Assembly: GCF_044704955.1 (NCBI RefSeq)
Contig: NC_091978.1
Coordinates: 212,598,001-212,662,000, forward strand
Length of the DNA stretch: 64,000 nucleotides
Reading direction: 5' to 3'
DNA from: Pristiophorus japonicus
Lineage: Eukaryota
This document shows, piece after piece, positions 11,201-24,424 of this stretch (positions within the stretch are counted from its first letter, which is position 1; each line of letters begins with the position of its first letter). The position numbers and the translations under genes were made by a program. Below the pieces are notes generated by a model. That model was not told where the DNA came from and made no database searches. It saw only the letters and a list, made by a program, of their open reading frames with translations.

Positions 11201-13581
11201 AAGTGACTGTTTAATTCCCCCCCCCCTCCCCGGGAACAAAGTGGCTGTTTAATTCCCCCCCCCTCCCCTCCCCGGGAACGAAGTGACTGTTTAATCCCCC
11301 CCCCCCCTCCCCGGGAACGAAGTGACTGTTTAATTCCCCCCCCCTCCCCTCCCCGGGAACGAAGTGACTGTTTAATTCCCCCCCCCTCCCCTCCCCGGGA
11401 ACGAAGTGACTGTTTAATTCCCCCCCCCCTCCCCGGGAACGAAGTGACTGTTTAATTCCCCCCCCTCCCCTCCCCGGGAACGAAGTGACTGTTTAATTCC
11501 CCCCCCCCCTCCCCGGGAACGAAGTGGCTGTTTAATTCCCCCCCCCCTCCCCTCCCCGGGAACAAAGTGGCTGTTTAATTCCCCCCCCTCCCCTCCCCGG
11601 GAACGAAGTGACTGTTTAATTCCCCCCCCCCTCCCCGGGAACGAAGTGGCTGTTTAATTCCCCCCCCCCCTCCCCGGGAACGAAGTGACTGTTTAATTCC
11701 CCCCCCCCCTCCCCGGGAACGAAGTGGCTGTTTAATTCCCCCCCCCCCCCCTCCCCGGGAACGAAGTGGCTGTTTAATTCCCCCCCCCTCCCCTCCCCGG
11801 GAACGAAGTGGCTGTTTAATTCCCCTCCCCTCCCCGGGAACGAAGTGACTGTTTAATTCCCCCCCCCTCCCCTCCCCGGGAACGAAGTGACTGTTTAATT
11901 CCCCCCCCCCCTCCCCGGGAACGAAGTGGCTGTTTAATTCCCCCCCCCCTCCCCGGGAACGAAGCGACTGTTTAATTCCCCCCTCCCCTCCCCGGGAACG
12001 AAGCGGCTGTTTAATTCCCCCCCCCCCCTCCCCTCCCCGGGAACGAAGTGACTGTTTAATTCCCCCCCCCCCTCCCCGGGAACGAAGTGACTGTTTAATT
12101 CCCCCCCCCTCCCCGGGAACGAAGTGGCTGTTTAATTCCCCCCCCCCCTCCCCGGGAACGAAGCGACTGTTTAATTCCCCCCCCCCCTCCCCTCCCCGGG
12201 AACGAAGTGGCTGTTTAATTCCCCCCCCCCCTCCCCGGGAACGAAGTGGCTGTTTAATTCCCCTCCCCTCCCCGGGAACGAAGTGGCTGTTTAATTCCCC
12301 CCCCCCCCCTCCCCGGGAACGAAGTGACTGTTTAATTCCCCCCCCCCCCCCCCCTCCCCGGGAATGAAGTGACTGTTTAATTCCCCCCCACCCCCTCCCC
12401 GGGAACGAAGTGACTGTTTAATTCCCCCCCCCCCCCCCCTCCCCGGGAACGAAGTGACTGTTTAATTCCGCTCCCCCCCCCCCCTCCCCGGGAATGAAGT
12501 GGCTGTTTAATTCCCCCCCCCCCCCTCCACGGGAACGAAGTGGCTGTTTAATTCCCCCCCCCCCCCTCCACGGGAACGAAGTGACTGTTTAATTCCCCCC
12601 CCCCCCTCCCCGGGAACGAAGTGGCTGTTTAATTCCCCCCCCCTCCCCCCCCTCCCCGGGAACGAAGTGGCTGTTTAATTCCCCCCCCCCCCTCCACGGG
12701 AACGAAGTGACTGTTTAATTTCCCCCCCCCCCCTCCCCGGGAACGAAGCGGCTGTTTAATTCCCCCCCCCCCCCTCCCCTCCCCGGGAACGAAGTGGCTG
12801 TTTAATTCCCCCCCCCCCTCCCCGGGAACGAAGTGGCTGTTTAATTCCCCCCCCCCCCTCCCCGGGAACGAAGTGGCTGTTTAATTCCCCCCCCCCCCTC
12901 CCCGGGAACGAAGTGACTGTTTAATTCCCCCCCCCCCCCCTCCCCGGGAACGAAGTGGCTGTTTAATTCCCCCCCCCCCCTCCACGGGAACGAAGTGACT
13001 GTTTAATTCCCCCCCCCCCCCCCTCCCCGGGAACGAAGTGGCTGTTTAATTCCCCCCCCCCCTCCCCGGGAACGAACGGCTGCAGAATTCTCCCTGCCTG
13101 AAGCACTTTCACACAGGTAGGAAGATGGTTTATTTAATCTTTTCTTTGCTTATAAATGTTTATTCAGGTTGGATTTATTTGTATAATATTTGTAGAAGTA
13201 TAAATAAGGATTGATTGTAGAATTTAATGAGTTCCCTCCCCCCCCCTCCCCCCCCCCCCCCCACCTCGTTCTGGACGCCTAATTTGTAACCTGTGCCTGA
13301 TTTTTTAATGTGTAGAACAGGTTTTTTCAGTTCTACAAAAATCTTCACTTGCTCCATTCTACTTTAGTTTGGAGTACGTTTTCACTGTGGAAACTTTGAA
13401 ATCAGGCGTCAGTGGCCGGACCCCCCCCCTTTTGAAGAAAAAATTCTGTTCCAAAGTAGAACTGTTCTACCTGACTAGAACTGCAGAAAAAAAAATGTGG
13501 AGAATTGTGATTTCTAAGATAGTCCGTTCTCCACCAGTTGCTCCTAAAAATCAGGCGCAAATCATGTGGAAACTTGGACCC
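8230..13581. mobile_element. PIF/Harbinger-type non-autonomous element containing a minisatellite
   Basis: TIRs GGGCCCAAGTTTCCACATGAT and ATCATGTGGAAACTTGGACCC (20/21 match). TTA target duplication at 8227-8229 and 13582-13584. Confidence 0.88.
8604..13078. repeat. Minisatellite, ~35-45 bp unit, roughly 110-115 copies
   Basis: Unit CCCCGGGAACGAAGTG(A/G)CTGTTTAATT + C(7-15) + optional TCCCC + T. Copy number estimated as length divided by unit size. Confidence 0.97.
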
Positions 13582-14646
13582 TTAATGTGAGTCCTTAGGT
13601 GGCTGTACAGTCCAATACGAGAACCACAGTCTCTCACAGGTGGGACAGATAGTCGTTGAGGGAAGGTGTGGGTGGGACAGGTTTGCCGCACGCTCTTTCC
13701 GCTGCCTGCGCTTGATTTCTGCATGCTCTCAATAACGATACTCGAGGTGCTCAGCGCCCTCCCGGATGCACTTCCTCCACTTAGGGCAGTCTTTGGCCAG
13801 GGACTCCCAGGTGTCAGTGGGGATGTTGCACTTTATCACAGAGAGGCTTTGAGGGTATCCTTGTAACGTTTCTGCTGCCCACCTTTGGCTCGTTTGCCAT
13901 GACGGAGTTCCGAGTAGAGCTCTTGCTTTGGGAGTCTCGTGTCTGGCATGTGAACTATGTGGCCTGTGGTCAGTGCTTCAATGCTGGGGAATGTATAGAG
14001 AGCATGTAGCATAGATTCAGTAGGATGATGCCAGGAATGAGAAACTATAGTTATCAGGAGAGACTCGAGATACTGAGATTATTTCCACTGAAGCAGAGGA
14101 GGAGAATCAGATTTTTTAACATTTTGAGAAGTGTTGATACAATCGGAAAGAAAAGATAATTTCTTTTGAATGGGGAGTCAATGAAGAGGGATCACCAACT
14201 AAAAATGACCAATAAGTGAGGAGAAGCTAGGAACATTTTCTTTATGAAAAGAGAGTTGTTAGAACATGGTCATCTTTGTCACTGTACGGTTGAGATGGAA
14301 ACAATGGCTATGTTTAAGAGAAGTTCGGATAAATATTTGAAACAGAGGCAGATATCGGGCTATAGTGAGAGAATGTGGCAGTGGGATTAGTTTTAGATTG
14401 CTCTAGCAAAGAGCCAGTACAGACATAATGGGCCAAATAGCCACCTTCTTCTATACTGTAAACTTCTATGGTTCTATGGTTTGCTTGTGCCTGAATTACA
14501 CCTGTGAGGTAAAGAAATTTTGGGTTCAGTTGCACAGATTGGTTTATTTTCTGAAAGCCATTGATAGTTGGCCTGTATCCTCTGCAAATGATACAGAACA
14601 TATCCAATCCACTTTCATTTTAGGTGTTGCATAAAAAAGAACTCAC

Positions 14647-14850
14647 TGTTGTAGCCTCAGAGTTATCAGAAAAGGCATCCAGCAGCTCTTGAGGTGGAAA
14701 AAGTGGTCTAATGAACCTGGTAACGAAAACCATCTTGCCAGTGAGATCTGTGACTAACATAACACATCGACGATTCGGGAACTTTTGCTCCACTTCCTTC
14801 TGGAACTTTTCTGCTCTTTGAAGGAGTTTCTCATCCTCCTGAGTCTCAAA
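14647..14850 (-). CDS. CC2D2A: CC2D2A coding exon (last found in window), 204 nt, phase 0-0
   Basis: tttag|TTT...ACA|gtgagt. Translates FETQEDEKLLQRAEKFQKEVEQKFPNRRCVMLVTDLTGKMVFVTRFIRPLFPPQELLDAFSDNSEATT. Confidence 0.94.
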
Positions 14851-16443
14851 CTAAAAACCAAAATCAAAAAGTTTCAACAAATATCAGGAAGACTTTGTTT
14901 TAAAATTCAGCAGAACCTCTACATGACTTTGAAACACTAGTACAAATAATCAAAAGAAATCATAAGAAAATTATGCTTATTTTTAGAAAACTGACTGATG
15001 TTATTTTGTGATATTTAAACTGTCACATTAATATAACAATGTGCTAAGACAAAATACACGTTTAAAATAATCCTGATTTGTTGCTAAACTATTGAAACAC
15101 TTAAAGTTCTATGTTAGAATTATTTTTCCATTTACAGTAGCAGGTCAAACAGTTAAGCCTACAAGAAGAGGGATATTTTACCTTGAGATGCTGATAAATC
15201 ATCTGAAAATAAGCAGCAAAAGTAAGAAAGAAAATAGAGACAGATATAAAGAGCAGGAGCAGAAGGATGGGTGTGTAGGTGTAGATCTAGAACACTTATG
15301 AAATCTGAACAAATCAAAGCAAAACTTCAAAACATAGAGACGGCAACAAAATCCCACAATGTAGATTGGTTTGTACAAGCAAATAAAATATATGTGTATA
15401 TTTCATGGGGATAATTTTCAATTATATGCTCCCAGTGGTGAGTCCTGCCCACTGAAAATTATGGGTGCTCATGATTTGCTAACCTATCATTTTAAATGGT
15501 TGAAAAATCACGTGGAGTGTATAGCCAAATTTCCAATATATGTATCACCGGGCGAAGCACCCAACAGCAGTGCAAAATCAGAAAATTATTCCTCTCATCT
15601 AATTATGTCCAGAAATTCTCTTTAAAAAATGCTTTTCATGTATTTTCTTGCCCACATTTGCAAAATATGACCATTTCTTACTCAGATGTCCATTAGTGGG
15701 CTGCTGCCAGAACTCACTAATGCTGTTGTGTAACTTAATTGTTAATCCCAAAGTGGTTTTCAGCCAATGAAATGTAGTAATTGTGGTAAAATAGGAAATG
15801 CTCACACACAGCGAGGTCCGACAAACAGCAATAAAATAAATGACTATTTTCTATGTTTCTATCAGTTTCCACTGATGGGGGAGACTAGAACTAGAGTGCA
15901 TAATCTTAGAATAAGGGGTAGCCCATTTAAAACTGAGATGAGGAAACATTTATTCTCGCAGCAGGTTGTGAATTTGTGGAATTAGCTACCTCAGAGAACT
16001 GTGGAAGCTGAGACTTTAAATAAATTTAAGGTAATCTATTTTTAGGCGTTGGTTAAGAGATAAATATTGGGGAGGACACTGGGAAATCTCCCCTACCCTT
16101 CTTTGAATAGTGCTGTAGGATCATATATGTCCAGCTGAGTGGGCAGATAGGACATTGGTTTAACACCTCCGATAGTGCCCACCACTGTTGCTATTGGAAA
16201 CAGTGGGGGTCAGGAAATCAGTCTAACGCAGCTTTAAATCTACAAACAACTCTTGCAAGTTATAACCTTGAAAAAAAAAATTCTGTCCATTAGTGCATAC
16301 AGCAAAAAGGATATTTGTGATATATATACAATATGTATATCAAATGAGAACTGCAGGCCATTTATTAGGGAGTTACATCAGTTATAGGATGTTGTAACCA
16401 TTGGAAGCAAATATAATCCTTCCTCTTTACCACCTAACACATT

Positions 16444-16627
16444 TGGTGAGATTTTGACTTTGTGCTATAGTGTAAAATGGGCGATAGTGAATTGACAACC
16501 TGTTTTACACCACTCCTGACTTTAACTTCCAGTGACTTCAATGGAAATTAAAATCAGGAGAGGTGTAAAACAGGCTGTTAATTTGCTATCGCCCATTTCA
16601 CACTATCGCACAAAGTCAAAATTACCA
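16444..16627. mobile_element. ~185-bp near-perfect palindromic (foldback) MITE
   Basis: The left arm ATTTTGACTTTGTGCTATAGTGTAAAATGGGCGATAG.. is mirrored by ..CTATCGCCCATTTCACACTATCGCACAAAGTCAAAAT. Confidence 0.75.
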
Positions 16628-17678
16628 CTACTGAGTTCAAACTGATATAGACATCCAGCACTTGCTCAGAGAATACTGTACGCAACTTAAAATGCAACTT
16701 CTGTAGTCTTCTCTGCTCTTGAAAAAAATAAATTTTCAGCATGTGGTATTATCTATATGGAGGCTTGGTGATGAGTTAGTTGTTTCCTCAGTGAAATTAG
16801 AAAACTATCCAGATAAAGAAATTCATATTTTGTTTAGTCAACACAAAATAAATCTCTCTTCTGTCTTACATTATGCGGCTTAATAACTTTCATTCTAACA
16901 TCCAAGTGCAAAACCTACTCTGCAATACTGGAAAATAACAGATCCACAATGCTAGCTGTGCAGTCAAAAGCTCCTGTGTCAGTCATCTGCTCTGCTCTCA
17001 GCATTACATTCCTCAGATTCTGGCTCCACCACGCACTGTAACTATTCCTGAAATCTGGGGAAAAGTTAATTCAGTTAGCCCCTCACTCAAAAGAAGCTGA
17101 AATGCATCTCAAATAGATTTCTCAATATTCCTTTCGAACAGTGTTATTAGGACATTGAATGTTCTACCAGAAGCGACTGTGGAAGCAGAATCCATACCAG
17201 CTTTTAAAAGGGATGTAAATAAGTATTTGAAAAATAATTAAAAAGGGTATGGGGAGAAAGGGACTCAGTGGAGGACTCTTTCAGACAGCCACCATAGGCG
17301 CAGAGAGCCAAATAGCCTCCTACTGTGCTGCAAAGTTCTCGGATTCTGTAGGTCATGGAAGCTATTCCTGTGATGCAGGGTTACCCTGTGCAACCCAATA
17401 CTGAAAAGTGAATGAAGACAAAGGACGGCTCTGTTGGTGTCCTCATGCAAATAATGTACTTAGTTATTTAACAAGGACTCAGAACATTTCCATTGGCTAA
17501 AGATTAAAAATCTAATGCAAGTAGGTTGGCTTTTTAACCACTTATCAGTCCAGATTTTGAGCTAACTTTTTGCTTTTTGCCCATTTAAAAATTTACAGCA
17601 TTAAGCAGGATTTGAAAGTAAACCAATCTATTGCACCATTATCAAACTGTTCTACTTTAGTTAAATATTAAAAAATAG

Positions 17679-18138
17679 ATTTGGATTTATATAGCACCTT
17701 TCATGACCATCAGACATTCCAAAGTGCTTTATAGCCAACAAAGTACTTTTTGAAGTGTAGTCACTGTTGTAATGTAGGAAAGGAGGCAGCCAATTTGCAC
17801 ACAGCATACTCCCACAAACAGCAAGGTGATAATGACCAGATAATCTGTTTTAGTGATGTTGATTGAGGGATAAATATTGTCCAGGACACTGGGGATAACT
17901 CCCCTGCTCTTCTTCGAAATAGCGCCATGGGATCTTTAATGTCCATTTGAGATAGCAGACGGGCCTCGGTTTAACGTTTCATCCGAAAGATGGCACCTCC
18001 GACAGTGCAGCACTCCCTCACAGAACTGCACGAGAGTGTCGGCCTAGATTTTTGCACTCAAATCTCTGGAGTGGGCCTTGAACCCATGACCTTCTGACTC
18101 AGAGGTGAGGATGCTACCAACTGAGCCACTGGCTGACA
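17679..18138 (-). mobile_element. tRNA-derived Deu-domain SINE, near full length
   Basis: Minus strand shows an A-box (TGGCTCAGTTGG), a B-box (GGTTCAAG), a central Deu-like domain and an L2-like 3' tail (..GGTGCTATATAAAT). Confidence 0.8.
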
Positions 18139-18259
18139 CACAAATAGATTGCAACTATAATTTTGATTTCACAAGAGTATAAGATTATGGCTATTCCATC
18201 AGTCTGTCCTTGTCCCACTGATTCTCACTCTGTAATTTTTGTTACGGCTGTATGGTGTT

Positions 18260-19300
18260 CATTTTCCGGTTGGCAAACAGTAACTAGTGGGGTGCCGCAG
18301 GGATCGGTGCTAGGGCCTCAACTATTTACAATCTATATTAATGACTTGGATGAAGGGACTGAGTGTAATGTAGCCAAGTTTGCTGATGATACAAAGATGG
18401 GTGGAAAAGCAAATTGTGAGGAGGACACAAAAAATCTGCAAAGGGATATAGACAGGCTAAGTGAGTGGGCAAAAATTTGGCAGATAGAGTATAATGTGGG
18501 AAAATGTGAGGTTATCCACTTTGGCAGAAAAAATAGAAAAGCAAGTTATAATTTAAATGGAGAAAGATTGCAAAGTGCTCAGTACAGAGGGACCTGAGAG
18601 TCCTTGTGCATGAAACACAAAAAGTTAATATGCAGCTACAGCAAGTAATCAGGAAGGCAAATAGAATGTTGGCCTTTATTGCAAGGGTGATGGAGTATAA
18701 AAGCAGAGATGTCCTGCTACAAATGTACAGGGTATTGGTGAGGCCACACCTGGAGTACTGCATATAGTTTTGATCTCCGCATTTAAGGAAGGATATACTT
18801 GCATTGGAGGCTGTTCAGAGAAGGTTCACTAGATTGATTCCGGAGATGAGGGGGTTGACTTATGAAGATAGGTTTGAGTAGGTTGGAACTACACTCATTG
18901 GAGTTCAGAAGAATGAGAGATGATCTTATCAAAACATGTAAGATAATGAGAGGGCTCGACAAGGTGGATGCAGAGAGTATATTTCTACTCATAGGAGAAA
19001 CTAAAGCTAGGGGTCATAGTCTCAGAATAAGGAGCCGCCCATTTAAAATTGAGATGAGGAGCAATTTCTTCTCTAAGGGTTGGAAATCTATGGAATTCTC
19101 TGCCCCAGAAAGCTGTGGAGCCTGTGTCATTGAATATATTTAAGGCAGAGATAGACAGTTTTTGAGCAATAAGAGAATAAAGGGTCATGGGGAGCGGGCA
19201 GGGAAGTGGAGTTGAGTCCATGATTCGATCAGCCATGATCTTATTGAATGGCGGAGCAGGCTTGAGGGGTCAAATGGCCTACTCCTGCTCCTATTTCTTG
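18260..19300 (+). mobile_element. 5'-truncated CR1 LINE (RT C-terminal half + 3' UTR)
   Basis: [33 protein letters not shown], followed by a CR1 3' end. Confidence 0.9.
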
Positions 19301-19309
19301 TGTGTGTGA

Positions 19310-19880
19310 GGCAGAATTCTGAATGAAGAGATTGAAACATGGAGTTACAGGCATGGACTTTGGATGTGACAACACGTTCAATGACTCTGAAGAGGAAAGG
19401 AAGTTTGGAGAAGGGACAATAGTTTGCAAGGACAGAGGGGTTGAGAGTGTGTTTTTGAAAAGGGGAGAGGAGGTGTGTGGAGATAATGGTGGTTTTGAAA
19501 AGGAGTGGGGGCAGCTCCCAAGGAGAGGAAACCATTTATAAACTGAGCTAGATGCCAGGAAGATAAATTTGGTGATCAGTAATTTAGTGGGAATGGAGTG
19601 AAGGGAGCAGAAGGTGGGTTCGTGGATGAGATTAGCTTAGAAGGGATAAAGGGAAAACCTGGAAAAAGAGAGATGGGTTGCAGGGCTAGGACTGGGGGGC
19701 CCGTAGGCAAAGCAGAGTTAGTTTTGCACTCCAGAGTGATCCTGGAGTAATGAGTAATTTTGGCAGAGGAGAGTGAGGCTCAGTGGCACTTTATGTGGTC
19801 CAGCCAGATCTGGTGATGGATGGCTAAGCCAGGTGTGCACCAGGTAAGATGAAGCCTGCACCCCTTGGACTTGAGGAAAC
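19310..19880 (-). mobile_element. Degenerate L2-like LINE fragment
   Basis: The minus-strand frame resembles L2 RT (LANYCPFSKLPFLFRVIERVV). Confidence 0.6.
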
Positions 19881-20413
19881 AAGTTAAAAGAACACTCAAC
19901 ATTGAGTTGGCAAACGCCTACCTTTAATAATTTGTTTAAATAAAATATAAAAGGGAAGGTAAACTTGTTTCAGTTGAAGATAAAGCTCTTTAAAAGATAG
20001 TTTTCTCTCCTTCCCTGGTTCTCCATGTTACCACTCTTTTCTGAAGGGTCAGAAGATGTCCTCCTGAGCCTCTGTCAATATTACTGTGAAACCAATGAAT
20101 AAGAGTGGTGTGATTCCTGGAGTGATTCTCCTTGTATTGGGATGAAGATTACAGCATCCTACCATTCTGCACTATAGCGAGGAAGTGGGGTGAGGTGCAG
20201 GGGGCAATCCTGCTGAGGTTCATCAACTTGGGGAAGGAGAGCAATATACCGTATTAAAAAAAAAGGACATTGAAATCACTCACAGGACAGTTGCTGTCCC
20301 CCCAACCATCCCAGTCTTCATCACATTTCTGAAGCTAGGCTTGAAATTGTATTGTCTTTGCCAAACCTCAGGTCATGACATCCTGTCTATTATCATTGGT
20401 TGCTTTAACATCA

Positions 20414-21078
20414 TGGCCGAATTTTTCACAGGTAAGAACGGGTGGGTTGGGTGGGTTGGAGGTGTGTGTGTGCGTGTGTGTGTGTGTGTGGGGAGGGAGT
20501 GAAAGTTGAAAAAACGTGAACCCCAACCTCAACCTGCCTGCATTCACCTGTTACTCAGGAGGGACGGTGGGGCGGGCAGCCCACCCGCTGCCAAGAGGCG
20601 GGTTGGCAATTTACATATTATAATGAGGCCCAAAACCTCTACTTTTAAGCTGCTTTGCAGGTTTTACTGCAGGTGGCCAGGGATCCTGGGGCTCAGTTTC
20701 TCAGTGGCTGCAATGAGACAGCCACAGCCTCAGGGAGCAATCCTTGTGGGCCAGCAGGAGAGCAAGTGCTTCCTCCCTGCCCCACAAGCCCATCAGCATG
20801 GCTCGCCACAGGGTCGGGGATCGGGCCCCCCCCCCCCCGCCGGGATTGAGCTCACCACTCCGCCCGGGGTCGCCGATCGGACACCCAACCTTCCTGGGCC
20901 CAGCACTTACCTTATCCTGCAGACTCCTTCTCTGAGTTCCCTGCACAACTGGAAGCCAGCCTGTCAATCATCCTGTCAATCAGGCTGACTTCCAACCAGG
21001 GAACCTGCCTCCGACGATGCCCACTGTCTCCTGGCTGCCCCTGCACTGTTTGGGTGGGACCCAGCAAAATCCAGGCCC
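20414..21078. mobile_element. GC-rich MITE-like element (Harbinger-type ends) containing a (GT)n microsatellite at ~20462-20489
   Basis: Ends TGGCCGAATTTTTC ... GCAAAATCCAGGCCC. GC-rich island in an AT-rich intron. Confidence 0.5.
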
Positions 21079-21636
21079 ATGTTTCTGCACACAGCATCAA
21101 AAATGGAGTGAAAATAGCTTTACTGATTAGGCTGCCATCTATTATGCAATGAGTTTAGTACTCCCCTTCGCCTCTCGTGCAAGGTGTAGCAATTGCTGAT
21201 ATGTTTTGGAGCACATACCTAGTTCAGCGTATCTAATTAGTTTGTTGATTCTCAACCATGATTCTGGTGGGAATCCAACATTTGGGTAAAAGACCGTAAA
21301 TTCACCTATCCTTGACTGATTGCTCCTCTTATCCTCTCTCCAGGCTGAATGAGGATACACAGAGCCGAAGGAAAAAAATATGTGGGGAATGAAAACCTCC
21401 TCAGCTGAAACGCCTCATGCTACAAAATGCACCATTTGTGTAAAAATTAGCTCCGTCCTTGAATTAGGTTGACCTTTCTCGAAATAACATGTACACAAAC
21501 ATACCTACAATATTTTTGGATAAAACATTTGATAATGTTAATGGGAGGGATAAAAAGGTCTGACACAGGGAATGTGAAGGGCACTTTTGAAATGCTGTCT
21601 TCATTGACACATTTTTAAATCAAGAATGCACATTAC

Positions 21637-21813
21637 CTTTTCATTTACAGATTCTCCAGGTACAAGATGAGGTTCAACAGTAATGAAGAGGGACAAATAA
21701 GAGCCTTCACTTAGGCTCCGAACCGCCTCCCATCCTCTTTCACTGGCTAGATTGCGCTCTTTGCTATATCCCAGAAGGACTGGGGGTGTATTAATCCTGA
21801 AGGTTCCATCTAT
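21637..21813 (-). CDS. CC2D2A: CC2D2A coding exon, 177 nt, phase 0-0
   Basis: tgcag|ATA...AAG|gtaat. Translates [59 protein letters not shown]. Confidence 0.95.
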
Positions 21814-21974
21814 CTGCAAAACAGATAATTGAAAACGCTTTATTTTAAAACAAATTGCCAAAAGTGCTCCACTGTTAAGACAAATCTAAAAGTAAAAAAG
21901 GAACCAAGTATGTAATTGGGTTGGTTCAAATAAAGAAATGATGGGGTTTGAAGTGGGAGTGACCTTTGATCTGT

Positions 21975-22310
21975 AGGCAAATTGCACAGCAAGACCCAAC
22001 AAATAACAATGAGATGAATGACCAATTTATCTGTATTTGTTGGCGTTACTTGAGGAAGGAATGTTAGCGAAGACACTGAGAAAAATTCCTGCTCCTCTTT
22101 GAATTGTGCCAATGGATTTTTAGAGTCCACCTGAACCAGCAGAAGCAGATGGGACCTGGGTTTAACGTTTCATTTGAAGGGTTGCACCCACACTCCTCCA
22201 AGACTGCACTGAAGCAATAAGCTATTTTCATGTGCTTAAATCCTGGAGTAGGATTTGAACTCATGAACTTCTGAGTCAGCGGCATGAGTGCTATCCAACT
22301 GAGCCAAACT
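21975..22310 (-). mobile_element. Diverged Deu-domain SINE
   Basis: Collinear similarity to the SINE at 17679-18138. Confidence 0.7.
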
Positions 22311-22318
22311 AACATATT

Positions 22319-23100
22319 GGGCCAGTTTTGCTGTCAAAATAATGGTGACATATTGAGCGTTGGATAAGATATTTACATAAAATATGTAGCGCTCGCTGTT
22401 ACTTATGCATAATTGGTACAGCAACTTCAGGCAAGGAGCAGATGCGTGGTTAAATGCCAATATCCAAAAGTTGCTGTCCAAGTTGCCCCACTCCGCTGTT
22501 GGCTTTGCAAAAAGGGCATTTCATTGCCTGCCTGCATTGAATGTTATGAAGTTGCTTTATTTACTCGTGGTAGATACAAGCTTAACTCGCCACAGAAACT
22601 GATGTCTTGTAATTAAAAGCGCAAGTACTCTTCTAACAAGGTGATAATTGTTAATTACTGCCTAGCAATCTCTGGCACTGATAATTAACTATTACAAGCG
22701 TGGAGTCTCACTACTTCAGGTAAAAATTGTTGGAGATTTTAAAAATATCAAATTAAATTTTTTATTTTTCCTTTAATTTCTGACTTTTTTTTCACAATCC
22801 AATCTTTCGTTTTCTCTATATGTACTTGATTTGACATTGAATTCATCCTCTTTAAATTTACCCTTTTCCTCAGTCCTTCCGCTGTTTATTTCCCAATCCT
22901 TAAATCACATTGGTTAAGGAGATACCCTGTTGGGTGCCCTGTTTATTCAAGTCCCAGATGTCCTGTTTCCCTCGCTGTTCCGTTGTCAGTTCGCACTTTC
23001 AGCAACTTAACGGGAAAAATGTTTTGAGCTGAAGGGTGCAGGGGCAAATCTAACTCATGGCAGATGTCGTTAGATGACCTGCTACAGCAAAATTTGACCC
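22319..23100. mobile_element. ~780-bp non-autonomous TIR element (same family as 47654-48418)
   Basis: TIR-like ends GGGCCAGTTTTGCTGT and ACAGCAAAATTTGACCC. Internal blocks are shared with the second copy. Confidence 0.65.
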
Positions 23101-23519
23101 GATGTATTTTTAAATGTAAATGAACTTAACTATAAGCAACAATTGAAACACATGACCAGTATTAATTTTAGGGTTTGTAGACATCACAAGGATATACAAT
23201 CAAAGCATAGGCGTTCCATACTTAAAATTTACTCTCCAGGAAGACAAAAATAATCACATTGAAAGGTCTGTAATTTTTTTAAAAATTACATAATCTTAAA
23301 ACAATTTTCATGTTGGAGTATTTGCCAGGTTTTTTTTGCACATTTCTCTCCCCCCAGCCTTACCACTGCTTGCTTCTTTTTATTTGAATGCTATCACTTT
23401 GTGTGTACCAGTAGCTATGCCAATATTTTATTCTTTAACATCACAAAGATATCAGAGCAGGTAGTCCGTTTCTGCAGGGCCAGCTCAGTCCTCCGTGAGT
23501 GGACTTTAAATACAAATCA

Positions 23520-24210
23520 AAGGACACCATTCTGTCATTATATAGATTGCTGATTAGACTGCGTCTGGATCACTGCACCAGTTTTGATTCCCTCACAAGG
23601 AGGGCCATATAGTGGCTTTGGAAAAAGGTTCAGAAAATATGAGAATGATTCCTAGCTTAAAGAACATTAGTTACTCAGATAGGCTTAAAGAGCTGGACCT
23701 TTTTACTCTCGTGCAGAGTAGGACTTAGAGGTGACATGATAGAGCTTTATAAAATAATGAAGGGTTTGAATAGCATACCTATTGATAGATTATTCCAGTT
23801 TGATAGAGTGGGGAGGACCAGGGGTTATGCATTTAAACTACGCAAAAGTAGAAATAGACTGGACGCTATGCTGTTCTCTTTACCAGAGAGTAGAGAGCCT
23901 CTGGAATGCCGTGCCGGCTGGTGCAGTGGATGCTAACTCTGCACACCTTCAAGGGGGAGCTGGACCAGTTCTTGACTGGGGCAGAGGCCGCATCATATAG
24001 AAGGTAAGAGTCTGAAGAGGTAACACATTTTTTCCATTTCTGGCTCTGGGTTTTTCTGTTTTGTTGGACTCTCCCTAGAGATTTCATGGCTGGGTGAAGA
24101 GGAGGAAATGGGGGCAGTTTTGAGTCATGGTGCTTCAGCCATCATCAGCTTGGGGCAGGCTTGATGGGCCAGCTGGTCTTTTCCTGTCAGTCATTTTTGT
24201 ATATTCATAT
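23520..24210 (+). mobile_element. Old CR1 3' fragment
   Basis: RGDMIELYKIMKG motif and a CR1-like 3' region. Confidence 0.65.
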
Positions 24211-24424
24211 GACTTGGCTCATCTAGCTAGCTGCACAGAGTCAGAGGTTTCTCACTACATTTATTAGCAAAATTGCCGATTGCTCCCGTGTGCAGCCCAC
24301 AGAGTGCCCGGCCATGCCAAGATTCAAATATTTTAGCTGCCATTCAGGAGTTTAAAAAATAAGTGACTTTTAAAAAATTTGGAAAAAAAGATAAAATGAG
24401 GTGTATAATCTAACTGATAAATAG

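Larger units (their letters stand above)
8177..13990 (-). mobile_element. RTE LINE 3' fragment (8177-8229 and 13582-13990), split by a MITE
   Basis: (CAT)n tail followed by aggcagtccc..gaggaagacttgcttcc. Reverse complement matches the 3' end of the RTE at 37125-38288. Confidence 0.8.

Noticed and set aside
10242-11239. Gly-rich repetitive ORFs on the minus strand
   Set aside because: They are translation artefacts of the minisatellite.
8604-13078. CRISPR-like array (constant ~25-nt core with variable intervening sequence)
   Set aside because: The intervening parts are only C-runs, not unique spacers. There are no cas genes and the context is a vertebrate intron, so it is a minisatellite.
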